A stretch of DNA of 64,000 nt from Planctomycetota bacterium (GCA_965223545.1 OZ245006.1:7808001-7872000), one strand, 5' to 3'; positions 38,149 to 46,993 are shown, numbered from the stretch's first letter. Numbers and translations are program-made. The notes: generated by a model not told the origin, from the sequence alone.

Positions 38149-39042
38149 TCAGAACAGCTCGAGATCGACGAGCACCGGGCAGTGGTCGGACGCTTTGGGC
38201 TGGTCCTCGCCAACATCGTCGAACCGCCCGCCTTGATATCTCGTGGCCCGCCAAGGCAGTCCTGAGCGGACGACCTCAGGCGTGGCGTCCGGGTTCGCTT
38301 CGGCCAAAAGACGGCCGCAGAGGATGTAGTCGAGCTGGTTGTACTCGCCACCGCCCGCCCAGTAGTGCGTCCAGCGGTCCTCGGCAGGAAGGCGACCGGC
38401 CAGGTCGACGAGTTCCGGATGGTCGAGCAACGGAGAGAGGGCCGTGCCTTCGCCGCGGTAGTCGTTGAAGTCGCCGACAACCACGAAGTTCGCGGGTATG
38501 CCTGGCTCGTAGTAGTCGTCGATCATCGAGGCCACGGCGGTGACCTGCTCTTCGCGCCGCGGCCGCGTCGCGCTTCGGCCGCCCATCATCGACTTGAAAT
38601 GGTTGACGAAGAGCGAGAGCACCTTGCCGCCGACGTTGATGTCGACCTCCAAACAGTCGCGCGAAAACAGCCAGCTCGTACCCGCGGCATTCCGGTCGTC
38701 GCGGTGTGAGCGGATCGCCACGATGGGGTAGCGGCTCAGGACGCCGACATCGATCTTCCGGGGGTCGTGGCTGTCCACCACGATCCGGTGGCGGTAGCCA
38801 CGACCGCCGAGGTAGCGCGAGTTGAACCGTTCGAGCACCTCGAGACTCTCGACTTCTTGGAGACAGACGACGTCTGCGTCGGTCGCCCTGATCGTCTTCG
38901 CGGTGATCTTCTTGGCGTCGTCGTCGTGCAGGTCGAACGCCAGGTTGTTGATCGTGAACCCGTCGTCGCTGGGGGTGAAGTTGCGGCGGAAGCGGTAACG
39001 GGCGAAGAGGTTCTCGCAGTTGACGGTTGCGATGCGGACCAT
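38149..39042 (-). CDS. Endonuclease/exonuclease/phosphatase (EEP) family protein
   Basis: T.N.ENLF, DVVCLQEVE, NHFKS, GDFND, LDY, ASDHCP. Confidence 0.92.
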   Translation of the reverse strand: MVRIATVNCENLFARYRFRRNFTPSDDGFTINNLAFDLHDDDAKKITAKTIRATDADVVCLQEVESLEVLERFNSRYLGGRGYRHRIVVDSHDPRKIDVGVLSRYPIVAIRSHRDDRNAAGTSWLFSRDCLEVDINVGGKVLSLFVNHFKSMMGGRSATRPRREEQVTAVASMIDDYYEPGIPANFVVVGDFNDYRGEGTALSPLLDHPELVDLAGRLPAEDRWTHYWAGGGEYNQLDYILCGRLLAEANPDATPEVVRSGLPWRATRYQGGRFDDVGEDQPKASDHCPVLVDLELF

Positions 39043-39055
39043 GGCTGCCGCACCC

Positions 39056-39394
39056 TCAAGCAGGGCCCCAACCGCCTGGGATCAGGATCCGATTCCCCGG
39101 ACGGACAGTCGGCGCCCAGTCCAACGGGACGATCTCAACGCCGCGGATCCCGGGCCCGGCGACCGCCAGGGCGTCACAGACGAAGTCCTGACGCGCTTCT
39201 GGGAACTCGACGTATTCGTCCAAACTCCCAACCCGCACGGCCTGGACCACTTCTCCCCGATCACTGACCAGCCCCACGCGGTAACCCGGCGACCGTTCGC
39301 CCCACTGCTCCGGTTGTGGCGGCAACCACCGTGGCACAGCAAACGAGGCGCCGAGGGCGCTGAGGAAGTCGCGACGGCATAGTCCGCGCGCCAT
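39056..39394 (-). CDS. Hypothetical protein with twin-arginine-like signal
   Basis: CRRDFLSALGA. Confidence 0.45.
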   Translation of the reverse strand: MARGLCRRDFLSALGASFAVPRWLPPQPEQWGERSPGYRVGLVSDRGEVVQAVRVGSLDEYVEFPEARQDFVCDALAVAGPGIRGVEIVPLDWAPTVRPGNRILIPGGWGPA

Positions 39395-39479
39395 CTCGCG
39401 CCCGCCGAGACGGATCAACGCCGCAGACCAAGTCATGCTTCGCTCTCCTGCGGACTGTGAGGCAACATGCCGGTCAAGA

Positions 39480-40196
39480 CTACCACTCTCCAGCGTCATC
39501 ATCGTCATCGTCGGCGACAGCGCCTTCCGGCAGTGCGCCGCCGTTGGCAGCCGCTGGAGTCTCAATCGTCAGGCTCTCGTTCCCGCGAAGTACGAGCAAC
39601 GTCACAAGCTCGCCAGGCTCGAGCGTGAGAAATTGCTCTGCAGCTGGCATCACCCCCACTGCGTTGACCTTGGTCGATTTCCCGTTCACCGCGAGAATGC
39701 GGTCGCCAGCGCGGAGGCCGGCCCCTGCGGAATCGGGTGTGGGCGCCAACACGAAGCCGTCAGAATCGATCGATGCACCGATACAACTCTTGGCGATGCG
39801 GTACAAGCCAACTGCGAAGTGGTTTCGATAATTTGCGTACGATCCAAAGATGCCGTAGCCGTGGTACATCGTCGTCGAGCCTGCGTATTGCGAACCTCGA
39901 AACGTCCAAGCTATGACGTCGGGCTTGTGCTTCTTCGACTTGCTCGTCACCCCTTTCGCACCGAGCCGAGTGATCGTCCCGTGGGTGGAGTACGACGCCG
40001 TGGCGTACGGCACCAGCACAGCGACGCCTTCCTCGAACAGTTGCTCGAGCGGTGCGACGATGGGCGGGTCTTGAGTCTGCTCGACTGCGAGTGCGGACTC
40101 GTAGCACGGTAGCTCGCGCAGCTTCCAGTGGCTGCAGGATGGAAGGAGGGCGAGCAGGAGCAGCGAGCGGCAGGGGGTGAGTATCGGCTGGCTCAT
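39480..40196 (-). CDS. PDZ-domain lipoprotein
   Basis: Lipobox LPSC; AGLRAGDRILAVNG..GELVTLLVLRG. Confidence 0.75.
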   Translation of the reverse strand: MSQPILTPCRSLLLLALLPSCSHWKLRELPCYESALAVEQTQDPPIVAPLEQLFEEGVAVLVPYATASYSTHGTITRLGAKGVTSKSKKHKPDVIAWTFRGSQYAGSTTMYHGYGIFGSYANYRNHFAVGLYRIAKSCIGASIDSDGFVLAPTPDSAGAGLRAGDRILAVNGKSTKVNAVGVMPAAEQFLTLEPGELVTLLVLRGNESLTIETPAAANGGALPEGAVADDDDDDAGEW

Positions 40197-40283
40197 GGGG
40201 GTGGGTCGATGTTTGGAACGGCGCTCGCCGTCCCAGCTTTCCTCCCCTGCCCCCGCCCCCGGGCTACGAAACGATGTGCTCGG

Positions 40284-40544
40284 CTAACCGGGTGCTGGCT
40301 GGATCGATCGCGAAATCTGCGGGCAATCTCCGAAATTGAAGTTTGCAAGTGTCCACCCGTGCGACGGGACGGGCCATTCTCCGCAGCCATTCCCTTCAGC
40401 ATCCACGTCGAACGTGACAGAAGATGTTTGCTCTCCGCCATCGTCGATGCTGACCGTCACAGAGCTGTTGGGAGGCCGGCCTGAGATGCAGACTGTCGCG
40501 GTTCCGCCGGCGGTGAGTGGGTCGGGGGTGACGCTCAGGGTCAT
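40284..40544 (-). CDS. Small beta-rich (Ig-like) hypothetical protein
   Basis: LSVTPDP..G.TATV; coupled to the upstream gene. Confidence 0.5.
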   Translation of the reverse strand: MTLSVTPDPLTAGGTATVCISGRPPNSSVTVSIDDGGEQTSSVTFDVDAEGNGCGEWPVPSHGWTLANFNFGDCPQISRSIQPAPG

Positions 40545-40900
40545 CGGAGTTCCTTGCGAAAGTGGTCTTGTTGGATGGAGGCGTCGAGGGCTAAGCCCGG
40601 GTCGTTCTCCGCCTGTCGAATCGCGCGGATTCCGTCGCGGATCGTCGCCGCAAGCTGAAGCAGTGCGGCTTGCCTTCTGCCGTGGGGCTCGCCCGGGGCC
40701 TGAATAATCGAGATGGCTTCACGAGCCGGAAGGCTTGTTCTGCTGCTCCGGCCGTCCCACTTGGCGAACGCATAGCCCGACCCGACCAACGGCGCCGCGC
40801 AAATCAGTATGACCAGCGCCGACCTCAGCGGCCCCGATCGGCGGCGCCTGGGTCGGAAGTCGTCTGGGTAGCGCTGCTCCACTCCCCAGCCCACTAGCAT
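40541..40900 (-). CDS. Single-TM hypothetical protein
   Basis: TM ALVILICAAPLVG; TAATG coupling with the repressor stop. Confidence 0.55.
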   Translation of the reverse strand: MLVGWGVEQRYPDDFRPRRRRSGPLRSALVILICAAPLVGSGYAFAKWDGRSSRTSLPAREAISIIQAPGEPHGRRQAALLQLAATIRDGIRAIRQAENDPGLALDASIQQDHFRKELR

Positions 40901-41391
40901 TAGTTCGGGTCTCCCCTTTGCATCGCTGCCCACTGCTCCCATGCGCCGGGCGCGCGTTCCCGCACGTGCTCCTCACACTGCCGATGCAACGCCTCAGCCT
41001 CTTCCGGTGTGGTCACCCGGAAGGGTGTTGGCACAAGGAACGCAACCTGAAACGGGGGCAGGACCCTCTTGACCAACAGTCCGCGAGCATCCGCGTCGGC
41101 GTTCACGGCCAGCAAGCGTTGGGCGAGGGTTTCGTCAACGACAGCAACCCCACCGAGCAGCTCTGACGGAGGCGTGCCGAGGAGGTAGTTGGCGTCAACC
41201 CGACACCCCTTGCCCTGCAACAGGAGGACGAGGTCGGCCAAGTTGTCAGCGGGTGGTGTCGCCGAACCTGCTTCCCAGTTTTGGAGGGTTTTAAGGCCGA
41301 CGCGGATTGCCTCGGCGGCCTCCTTCTGCGTCAGCCGGGCCTGGCGACGCGCTTTTGCAAGCCGTTGACCGATCGCGATCCTGTCAACCAC
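40900..41391 (-). CDS. XRE-family (CI-like) repressor
   Basis: IGQRL..AR....LTQKEAA..I.V...T..NWE.G...P. Confidence 0.85.
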   Translation of the reverse strand: MVDRIAIGQRLAKARRQARLTQKEAAEAIRVGLKTLQNWEAGSATPPADNLADLVLLLQGKGCRVDANYLLGTPPSELLGGVAVVDETLAQRLLAVNADADARGLLVKRVLPPFQVAFLVPTPFRVTTPEEAEALHRQCEEHVRERAPGAWEQWAAMQRGDPN

Positions 41392-41468
41392 GAGCGGGAA
41401 TGTCCCACCCGGGCCAGACTCCGGCAAGAACAGCCCCAACAAAACTGGGAAAGGGCGGAATGGTGCGC

Positions 41469-41496
41469 TTGACACACGCCAAAAAGTACGTATCCT
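41469..41496 (+). promoter_or_regulatory. Sigma70-like promoter divergent from the repressor
   Basis: TTGACA-N16-TATCCT in a locally AT-rich segment. Confidence 0.65.
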
Positions 41497-42044
41497 GCCC
41501 CCATCAGTCAAGCCCGGACATGATCCAAACCGCCCACTACGCCCCCGGAAGCCGCGATGCGATCGACATCGTGAGCGCGCAGAAAAACGCCGTAGAGGTG
41601 CTGAGCAGGTTGCAGTCATGGGCTCCGACAGGGAATCCCCGAGAGGATGGTCTATCCCGATCAACGCTCAGTTGGCAGGGGCACGGACGCGCAATCTCGG
41701 GCGAAACCCTTCGCATGGGACGCGAACCCGCCGCGAGAAAGTATCGCAGCGGTCTACCGCAAGTTTGCGCGGCGACGCAAGTTGCGCTCTCGCAACCAGC
41801 TTCTGTCACTCTCCCTGGCCTGAACGGGCTCCAGGAGGAACGTTCGCCGTCCCAGGGGCTGGACGACTTTTTTCACGAAATCCGCCGGGTCGGCAACCAG
41901 CCCGGCACCGCTCGACTCCTGGCCAGCACGACGGCGCGGAAGGTGCGCCAAAGCCGGTCAGAGTGGAGCACCTTGAACATGGCGCTGGCGCGCTGCTGCT
42001 CCGGCAGCAACGTCATGGGGCGCGCCAGCGCCGATCTTCCAGGA

Positions 42045-42177
42045 GCGGGGCACCACCCGGGCTACGGCCCGGCCCGCGAGGAACAAGTCGAAGCGGGTCA
42101 CCACCCGAGCCAAAAGCTCGGCCCGCTAGGAACAAGTCGCCGCGGGGCACTACCCAGGCTCGACCAGCCTGGCCCGC
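42045..42177 (+). ncRNA. Candidate structured RNA: three tandem ~48-nt bulged-hairpin units
   Basis: GCGGG-[G/T]CAC[C/T]AC-hairpin-CCCGC-(NAGGAACAAGTCG); inner stems covary; cUACGg tetraloop in unit 1. Confidence 0.7.
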
Positions 42178-42178
42178 A

Positions 42179-42238
42179 CCGTGTTCCGCTCTCCCCGATG
42201 CCTTCCGGTTTCGAGGAGAGCGGGGCGCGGGTCTTTTT
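42179..42238 (+). terminator. Intrinsic terminator
   Basis: 16-bp stem CCGTGTTCCGCTCTCC / GGAGAGCGGGGCGCGG (3 G-U pairs) followed by GTCTTTTT. Confidence 0.7.
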
Positions 42239-42452
42239 CAAGGCGGCGATGGCCGAGCCTCGCCCCTGTCGCTCACTCACTCTTCGCCGCTACCCACAGC
42301 TGACGTTAGTCGCGGGACTCACCACAAGTACACCGGCACCAGCCGCGGGGGAACAAGTCAGGCGAAGAGCAAGGTCGCGTCCAGGGGGTCATCGGCCCGG
42401 TCTGTCGACCGATCTCAACCTATACGCGGCCCCGTGGGAGGGGGCAAGGCGC

Positions 42453-42836
42453 ATGGAGAATTCCGACGTAGATCAGGTCGCCCGTATCGTCTCCTGGCAC
42501 TTCCGATTGCCGCTCGACGAGTTTCACGACCGCGAGGTCCGCACTCGCCAGGCGGTCGCGGCCCGCAGCGTGGCGATGGCTGTGCTGCACCGTTGCGATC
42601 CATGGGCGACGCAGCGTCGCATCGCGGAGGCGATGGGCTGCACCCACCAGACCGTTGGGAACGGCATGGCCCGTGCGCGCGGGACGTACGAGATCCAGCT
42701 CGAGCGTTGCGCGGAGGAGTTCGAGGCATGGCTCGAGCTGCGGGAACAGCGACGGGCTGAACAGCGGGCGGCGGAGCCGGTGGCTGAGGCTGGCGGTGAC
42801 GAGTTCGAGGCTGCGGAGCGGGAGGTCGAGGCGTGA
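42453..42836 (+). CDS. DnaA C-terminal-like HTH protein
   Basis: V...F.L....R.R..V.AR.VAM...L...T..RIA..M..THQTV. Confidence 0.7.
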   Translation: MENSDVDQVARIVSWHFRLPLDEFHDREVRTRQAVAARSVAMAVLHRCDPWATQRRIAEAMGCTHQTVGNGMARARGTYEIQLERCAEEFEAWLELREQRRAEQRAAEPVAEAGGDEFEAAEREVEA

Positions 42837-43036
42837 TTCCGATCGACGAGATCGAGTCGTCGCATGGAAAGCATGCGACACGTGAGAAAGGCGTCTGCCT
42901 CATGGAGGCTGTGGCCTGGTGGCAGGGCGAAGAGCACTCGGACATGCCGGAGTGTGTGTGCTCAGTGATCTTCTTCGCCTCCAACGAGGGTGCGATGGCG
43001 GACTTGGAAGCGTGTGCGGCGGAGGCGGGGGCTTAG
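42833..43036 (+). CDS. Small phage protein (possibly truncated)
   Basis: G.CLMEAVAW..GE.HSD.PECV motif. Confidence 0.5.
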   Translation: MIPIDEIESSHGKHATREKGVCLMEAVAWWQGEEHSDMPECVCSVIFFASNEGAMADLEACAAEAGA

Positions 43037-43040
43037 GGCT

Positions 43041-43487
43041 ATGATGTCAACGCTGAGCAAGTGCCGTTTCTGCCGCAACGGGAAAGTCCTGTTGACGAGG
43101 ACAGATCGCGGGTGGCGACACGTGACCGCTGATGGTCGGCATTGCCGCTGCACTGACCTCAGTCGGGCTACACGGAGCTTGGTGTGGTCCCGCGGGCACA
43201 GGCATCTGGACCGTTGGGGGTGGAACAGCGGGGTTCCGCTGTATTTCATTGAGCTGCTCACCCCCTCGCGAGACGACACGGACCGTCGCGAGTTGTCGAT
43301 CGAATGGGCAGCCCACTGGAGTAAGGTGGTCGGTAGGTTTACGCCAACGCTGCGGGCGAAAGATCTTTGCGAACTGCAGGAGGAGTGTCGGCGGGACTGG
43401 TGTCAATTATCCACCCTGCAGCGAGAGGACATCCTTGCGTCTGAGCGTCGAGCGATGTGGGAACAGAATGCATTGAGGGGCGCTTAG
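43041..43487 (+). CDS. Hypothetical protein
   Basis: CRFC..C zinc-like N-terminus. Confidence 0.45.
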   Translation: MMSTLSKCRFCRNGKVLLTRTDRGWRHVTADGRHCRCTDLSRATRSLVWSRGHRHLDRWGWNSGVPLYFIELLTPSRDDTDRRELSIEWAAHWSKVVGRFTPTLRAKDLCELQEECRRDWCQLSTLQREDILASERRAMWEQNALRGA

Positions 43488-43491
43488 GGCT

Positions 43492-43776
43492 GTGGCAACC
43501 CACCGACAGCCGCGGCCGATCATGCGGACCGCCGAGATTGCGAGGGACTACGGGATCACCGTCTCCGACATTCGGGCCATGGAGCGCATGGGGCAGTTCG
43601 TTGCGATCCAGTGGACAAGCCAGCGTGCCGGCTTTGTCTGCCGTGCTGACTTCTTGCGGTGGTGGGACACGCGTGACGAACGCTGTCGCCAACGCATCGA
43701 ATCCGAGCGCCGCCGCGAGCAGGCGATCACCCACCCAGGGACGACCGCTTATGACTTTCTCTCTTCCTCCAAGTGA
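43492..43776 (+). CDS. Excisionase-like winged-HTH protein
   Basis: MRTAEIARDYGIT..IR.M...G.F; convergent with the integrase. Confidence 0.55.
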   Translation: MATHRQPRPIMRTAEIARDYGITVSDIRAMERMGQFVAIQWTSQRAGFVCRADFLRWWDTRDERCRQRIESERRREQAITHPGTTAYDFLSSSK

Positions 43777-44806
43777 TCGGCTGGATCGCGCGCCGAGCGT
43801 CGCGTCCGACGATACGCGCGTAGTGGCGAGCCATCGAGAGACTGCGGTGTCCGAGCATCTCAGCGATCTGGAACTCGGAGGCTCCGCTCATGGCCATGAT
43901 CGTTCCGAGTGTGTGGCGCAACGCGTGGCAATGCAGTCGTGGCTCACCCAGGCGTTTGCTCCAACGTTTCATCATCGAGAGCAACCCGGAGTAGGAGAGT
44001 GGAAGGAGCGATGCTTGCGGAGTCGCTGGTCCGCGCAGCGCGAGCAGCTCCCGGAACGCGGTTCGCGCATCCTCGTGCAGCGGCACGGTACGCGGTCCTC
44101 GCTTGCCGTGCGGCACCTCAAGCACTCCGCGACGCAGCTGCAGGTGCTCGAGGCGGGCATCCGCGGCCTCGCGCAGGCGGAGCCCGGTCATCAGAAGCAA
44201 CTCGATGATGAGTGCATCACGATCGGAGTTGATGCGCGCGTCACCCTCCCAGCGGCGAATCGCTCGAAGGCCGAGTCGGACCTCGGTGGGGCCGAACCAG
44301 TCGATCTTCGGGGGAGGAGCATCGGGCAAGAACGCGAGGACGCGCTTCAGAGGACTCGGCACACCAGCGACGACGAAACACCGGCCAAGCGCTCGGAGGT
44401 CGGCTCGCACGGTCGACCAGGAGACGGTCTGCGCGCGACGTCTCGCGAACGACTCGATGGCCTCAGGCGTCAGTTGGTAGAGCGCGGGGTTCTCAGGGAA
44501 CTCGCGGGCGAGGAGTTGGAATCGTTCGACGTACCACTGGTGCGTGCGCGGCTTGCGTTCTTTGCGCTCGCAGAGTTCGAGGGCGAGACGCATCGCGCCG
44601 GCGAGCGACATGGGGTCCGGAGGGATGACCCTCTCGCGATGTCGCATTCGCTCGAGGTCGGCGAGCGCTTCGGCTACCGTTGCCCTCGCTGGGCTTGGCA
44701 GCTGTCGACCGTGCTCGAAGACTCGGGCCTTGTAGACGAAGCCGTTCTTGCGGGTGCGAACCTGGATTCCGGCGGGGACTCTCGGCAGCTTCCGACGCGT
44801 GGCCAT
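43727..44806 (-). CDS. int: Tyrosine integrase
   Basis: TGLRL.E, GKRG.R.VP, H.LRH, LGH.S..M..HY. Confidence 0.95.
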   Translation of the reverse strand: MATRRKLPRVPAGIQVRTRKNGFVYKARVFEHGRQLPSPARATVAEALADLERMRHRERVIPPDPMSLAGAMRLALELCERKERKPRTHQWYVERFQLLAREFPENPALYQLTPEAIESFARRRAQTVSWSTVRADLRALGRCFVVAGVPSPLKRVLAFLPDAPPPKIDWFGPTEVRLGLRAIRRWEGDARINSDRDALIIELLLMTGLRLREAADARLEHLQLRRGVLEVPHGKRGPRTVPLHEDARTAFRELLALRGPATPQASLLPLSYSGLLSMMKRWSKRLGEPRLHCHALRHTLGTIMAMSGASEFQIAEMLGHRSLSMARHYARIVGRDARRAIQPITWRKRESHKRSSLGG

Positions 44807-44896
44807 GCTCCATTTGTACCGCGCATCTGTACCGCGGCAAGGCGGGATAGCCGTGGACGGGCGCGAGAAGGCGTCTCCGGTCAATACGGCCGACAG

Positions 44897-44941
44897 CTGT
44901 TAATCAGTGGGTCGCAAGTTCGAGTCTTGCTCGGGGAGCCA
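44897..44941 (+). tRNA. 3' half of tRNA-Asn(GTT): displaced att-site copy, not a complete gene
   Basis: CTGTTAA anticodon loop, T arm GCAAG-TTCGAGT-CTTGC, acceptor 3' strand plus CCA; no D arm or 5' strand upstream. Confidence 0.85.
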
Positions 44942-45005
44942 TTGACGCAAGGAGCCCGGCCTTTGGCCGGGCTCCTTGCGTTAATGGCTCCCCGAGCAAG
45001 ACTCG
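44921..45005. repeat. 41-bp inverted repeat that includes the tRNA 3' end
   Basis: 44921-44961 vs 44965-45005, one mismatch, TTT loop. Confidence 0.9.
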
Positions 45006-45133
45006 GTCCCGCGTTCGTCGTGGCTGGCGCCACTCCGGCCGCGGGATCGAGTCTTTGGGGTTGCGCCGGCTTCGGGACGACGGGAATCGTTCGGCGAGGC
45101 CGGCCTGGGTGGTCGAGGCCGGTACCTGTTGTC

Positions 45134-46993
45134 TCACCACAGCCCCGTCGCCAGTGGGATCCCGAGCGAGGCCACCAGCCAGACGACCAGCGACAACGGG
45201 AGGCCCAGCTTGACGAAGTCCAGGTAGCGGTAGCCGCCGGGACCGCAGACCATCAGATTGACCTGGTGCGCGATCGGGGAGGCGAAGCACATCGAGCCGC
45301 CGTAGCAGACCGCCAAGAGCATGGCGCGCAGCAGGGCTTGGGCTTCGGCGGAGTCGGCGGCGACGCCGCGCGCGGCGGCGAGCTGGGTCGCGGCGGCGAG
45401 CGCGATCGGCGTGAACAGGACTGCCACCGCGCTGTGCGCCACCAGGAAGTTGAACAGTAACCCGAGCAGGACGAAGCCGCTGGCTACCGCGGCGGCTCCC
45501 CAGGGCGAGAGTAGGATCACCAGGTAGTCCGCGCACCAGGCGGCGACGCCGGTTTCCCGCATCGCCTCGCCGAGTGCGAGGGTTCCCGCCAGGAAGACCA
45601 GGATCGACCAGTCGATGGCGCCAAATGCGTGGCGCGTGCTCACCACGCCGGTTGCGACCATCGCCAGCGCCCCGGCGAGGGCGACCGAGCTCGCCGGCAT
45701 CGCCTTCCAGTGGAAGATGGATTGGGCCGACAGGAGCGCGATCACTGCAATTGCGATCAACAGAGCGATGGCCGTGTGGCCGCGGAGTCGCGCGGGCTTC
45801 GGCTCGCCGGCGAGGGCGAAGAAGTCCTGGCTGCCGCGCAGCCGGGCGCGGGATGCCTCGTCGCCGCTCACCAGCAGGACGTCGCCGGGCTGCAGAGCTT
45901 GTTGCCCCACCCGTTCGTGGATGTGGCGGCCGGCGCGCAGCACCGCCATCGGGGTGACGCCGAACCGGGAGTGCATGCCGAGCTCGGTGATCCGCTGTCC
46001 CGCGAGCGTGGAGCGCGGTGCCAGGGCGACCTCGAACAGCTCCACCGTGCGCGGGTCGACCTTCAAGCCGTGCAGCCAATCGAGTCCCGCCGTCCCCGTG
46101 AGAGTGCTGAAGGCTTCGAGCGTGCCGCTGACGACGATCACGTCGCCCGGTTGCACGATTGCGTCGCCGAACGGCTTCTGCTGCATCACCTCGTCCCGGA
46201 TGTAGCACAGCGCCGATGCGCCGCCCTCCGTCAACGGCAGCTCGTAGCGCCGGCCGAGGAGTGCGCTGTCGGCACCGACGCTCAGCTCGGTGACGAAGTC
46301 GCGCTGCGGGCTCTTCTCGATCAGCACGGTCAAGCTCTGCCGGTTCGGCAGGGCGCGGCGCGACACCAGGGCGAGGAAAGCGATCCCGGCCAGGGCCATC
46401 GGCACACCGACCGGTGTCACGCTGAACATCGTCAGCGGCGGGGCGCCCAGCTGTTCGGCGAGGCCGCTGACGATCAGGTTGGTCGACGTGCCGACCAGCG
46501 TGCAGATGCCGCCGAGGAGCGCGGCGAACGACATCGGCATCAGCAATCTCGAGGCCGGGATCCCGCTCTTGGCCGACAGCTTGAGCAGCACGGGGATCAT
46601 CACCACGACCACCGCCGTGTCGTTGAGGAACGCGGACATGGCGGCCGCCATCAGGCACAGCACCAGCACCAGGCGCCACTCCTGGCCGGCACTCAAGCGG
46701 GCCAGCAGCCGGCCGAACAGCTCCATTGCCCCGGTGCGCGTCAGTCCCTCTCCGATGACGTAGAGGCCGGCGATCGTCAGCACCGCCTTGTTGGCGAAGC
46801 CTGCCGCCGCGGTGCCGGTATCGATGACTCCCAGCAGGGGCAGCGCGACGACCAGCATGAGGCCGAGCGCGGCGAACGATGCCAGCTCGGTCACCAGCAG
46901 CACCAGAAAGACCGCGGTGGCGGCGAGTACCAAGAAGCCGTCGGAACCGAGCTCCGCGGCCGCGATCGTGGACAGCGCCATCCGGTCGGTCAT
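45134..46993 (-). CDS. SLC13 family permease with TrkA-C domains
   Basis: SAFLNDT..V, LMPMSFAALLGG.CTLVGTSTN, SPI.HQ.N.MV.GPGGY...DF.K.G. Confidence 0.92.
   Translation of the reverse strand: MTDRMALSTIAAAELGSDGFLVLAATAVFLVLLVTELASFAALGLMLVVALPLLGVIDTGTAAAGFANKAVLTIAGLYVIGEGLTRTGAMELFGRLLARLSAGQEWRLVLVLCLMAAAMSAFLNDTAVVVVMIPVLLKLSAKSGIPASRLLMPMSFAALLGGICTLVGTSTNLIVSGLAEQLGAPPLTMFSVTPVGVPMALAGIAFLALVSRRALPNRQSLTVLIEKSPQRDFVTELSVGADSALLGRRYELPLTEGGASALCYIRDEVMQQKPFGDAIVQPGDVIVVSGTLEAFSTLTGTAGLDWLHGLKVDPRTVELFEVALAPRSTLAGQRITELGMHSRFGVTPMAVLRAGRHIHERVGQQALQPGDVLLVSGDEASRARLRGSQDFFALAGEPKPARLRGHTAIALLIAIAVIALLSAQSIFHWKAMPASSVALAGALAMVATGVVSTRHAFGAIDWSILVFLAGTLALGEAMRETGVAAWCADYLVILLSPWGAAAVASGFVLLGLLFNFLVAHSAVAVLFTPIALAAATQLAAARGVAADSAEAQALLRAMLLAVCYGGSMCFASPIAHQVNLMVCGPGGYRYLDFVKLGLPLSLVVWLVASLGIPLATGLW

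Larger units (their letters stand above)
1..44941. mobile_element. Prophage (siphovirus-like, RcGTA-type tail tip), right part; integrated at a tRNA-Asn gene
   Basis: Colinear terminase-portal-head-neck-tail-lysis genes on +, repressor and integrase near the right end, bounded by a tRNA 3' fragment; host-type genes follow. Confidence 0.95.

Noticed and set aside
41647..41823. 58-aa ORF as a possible Cro
   Set aside because: It has an RBS-like GAGAGG but no convincing HTH; cannot be supported
42045..42177. CRISPR array
   Set aside because: The variable parts are short self-complementary hairpins, not spacer-length unique sequences; no cas genes are present
41307..42836. 509-aa ORF and overlapping 380-aa ORF
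   Set aside because: Only 42453-42836 looks like protein; the rest crosses a promoter, repeats and a terminator
44860..44941. Complete tRNA gene
   Set aside because: No 5' acceptor strand or D arm upstream of the anticodon loop
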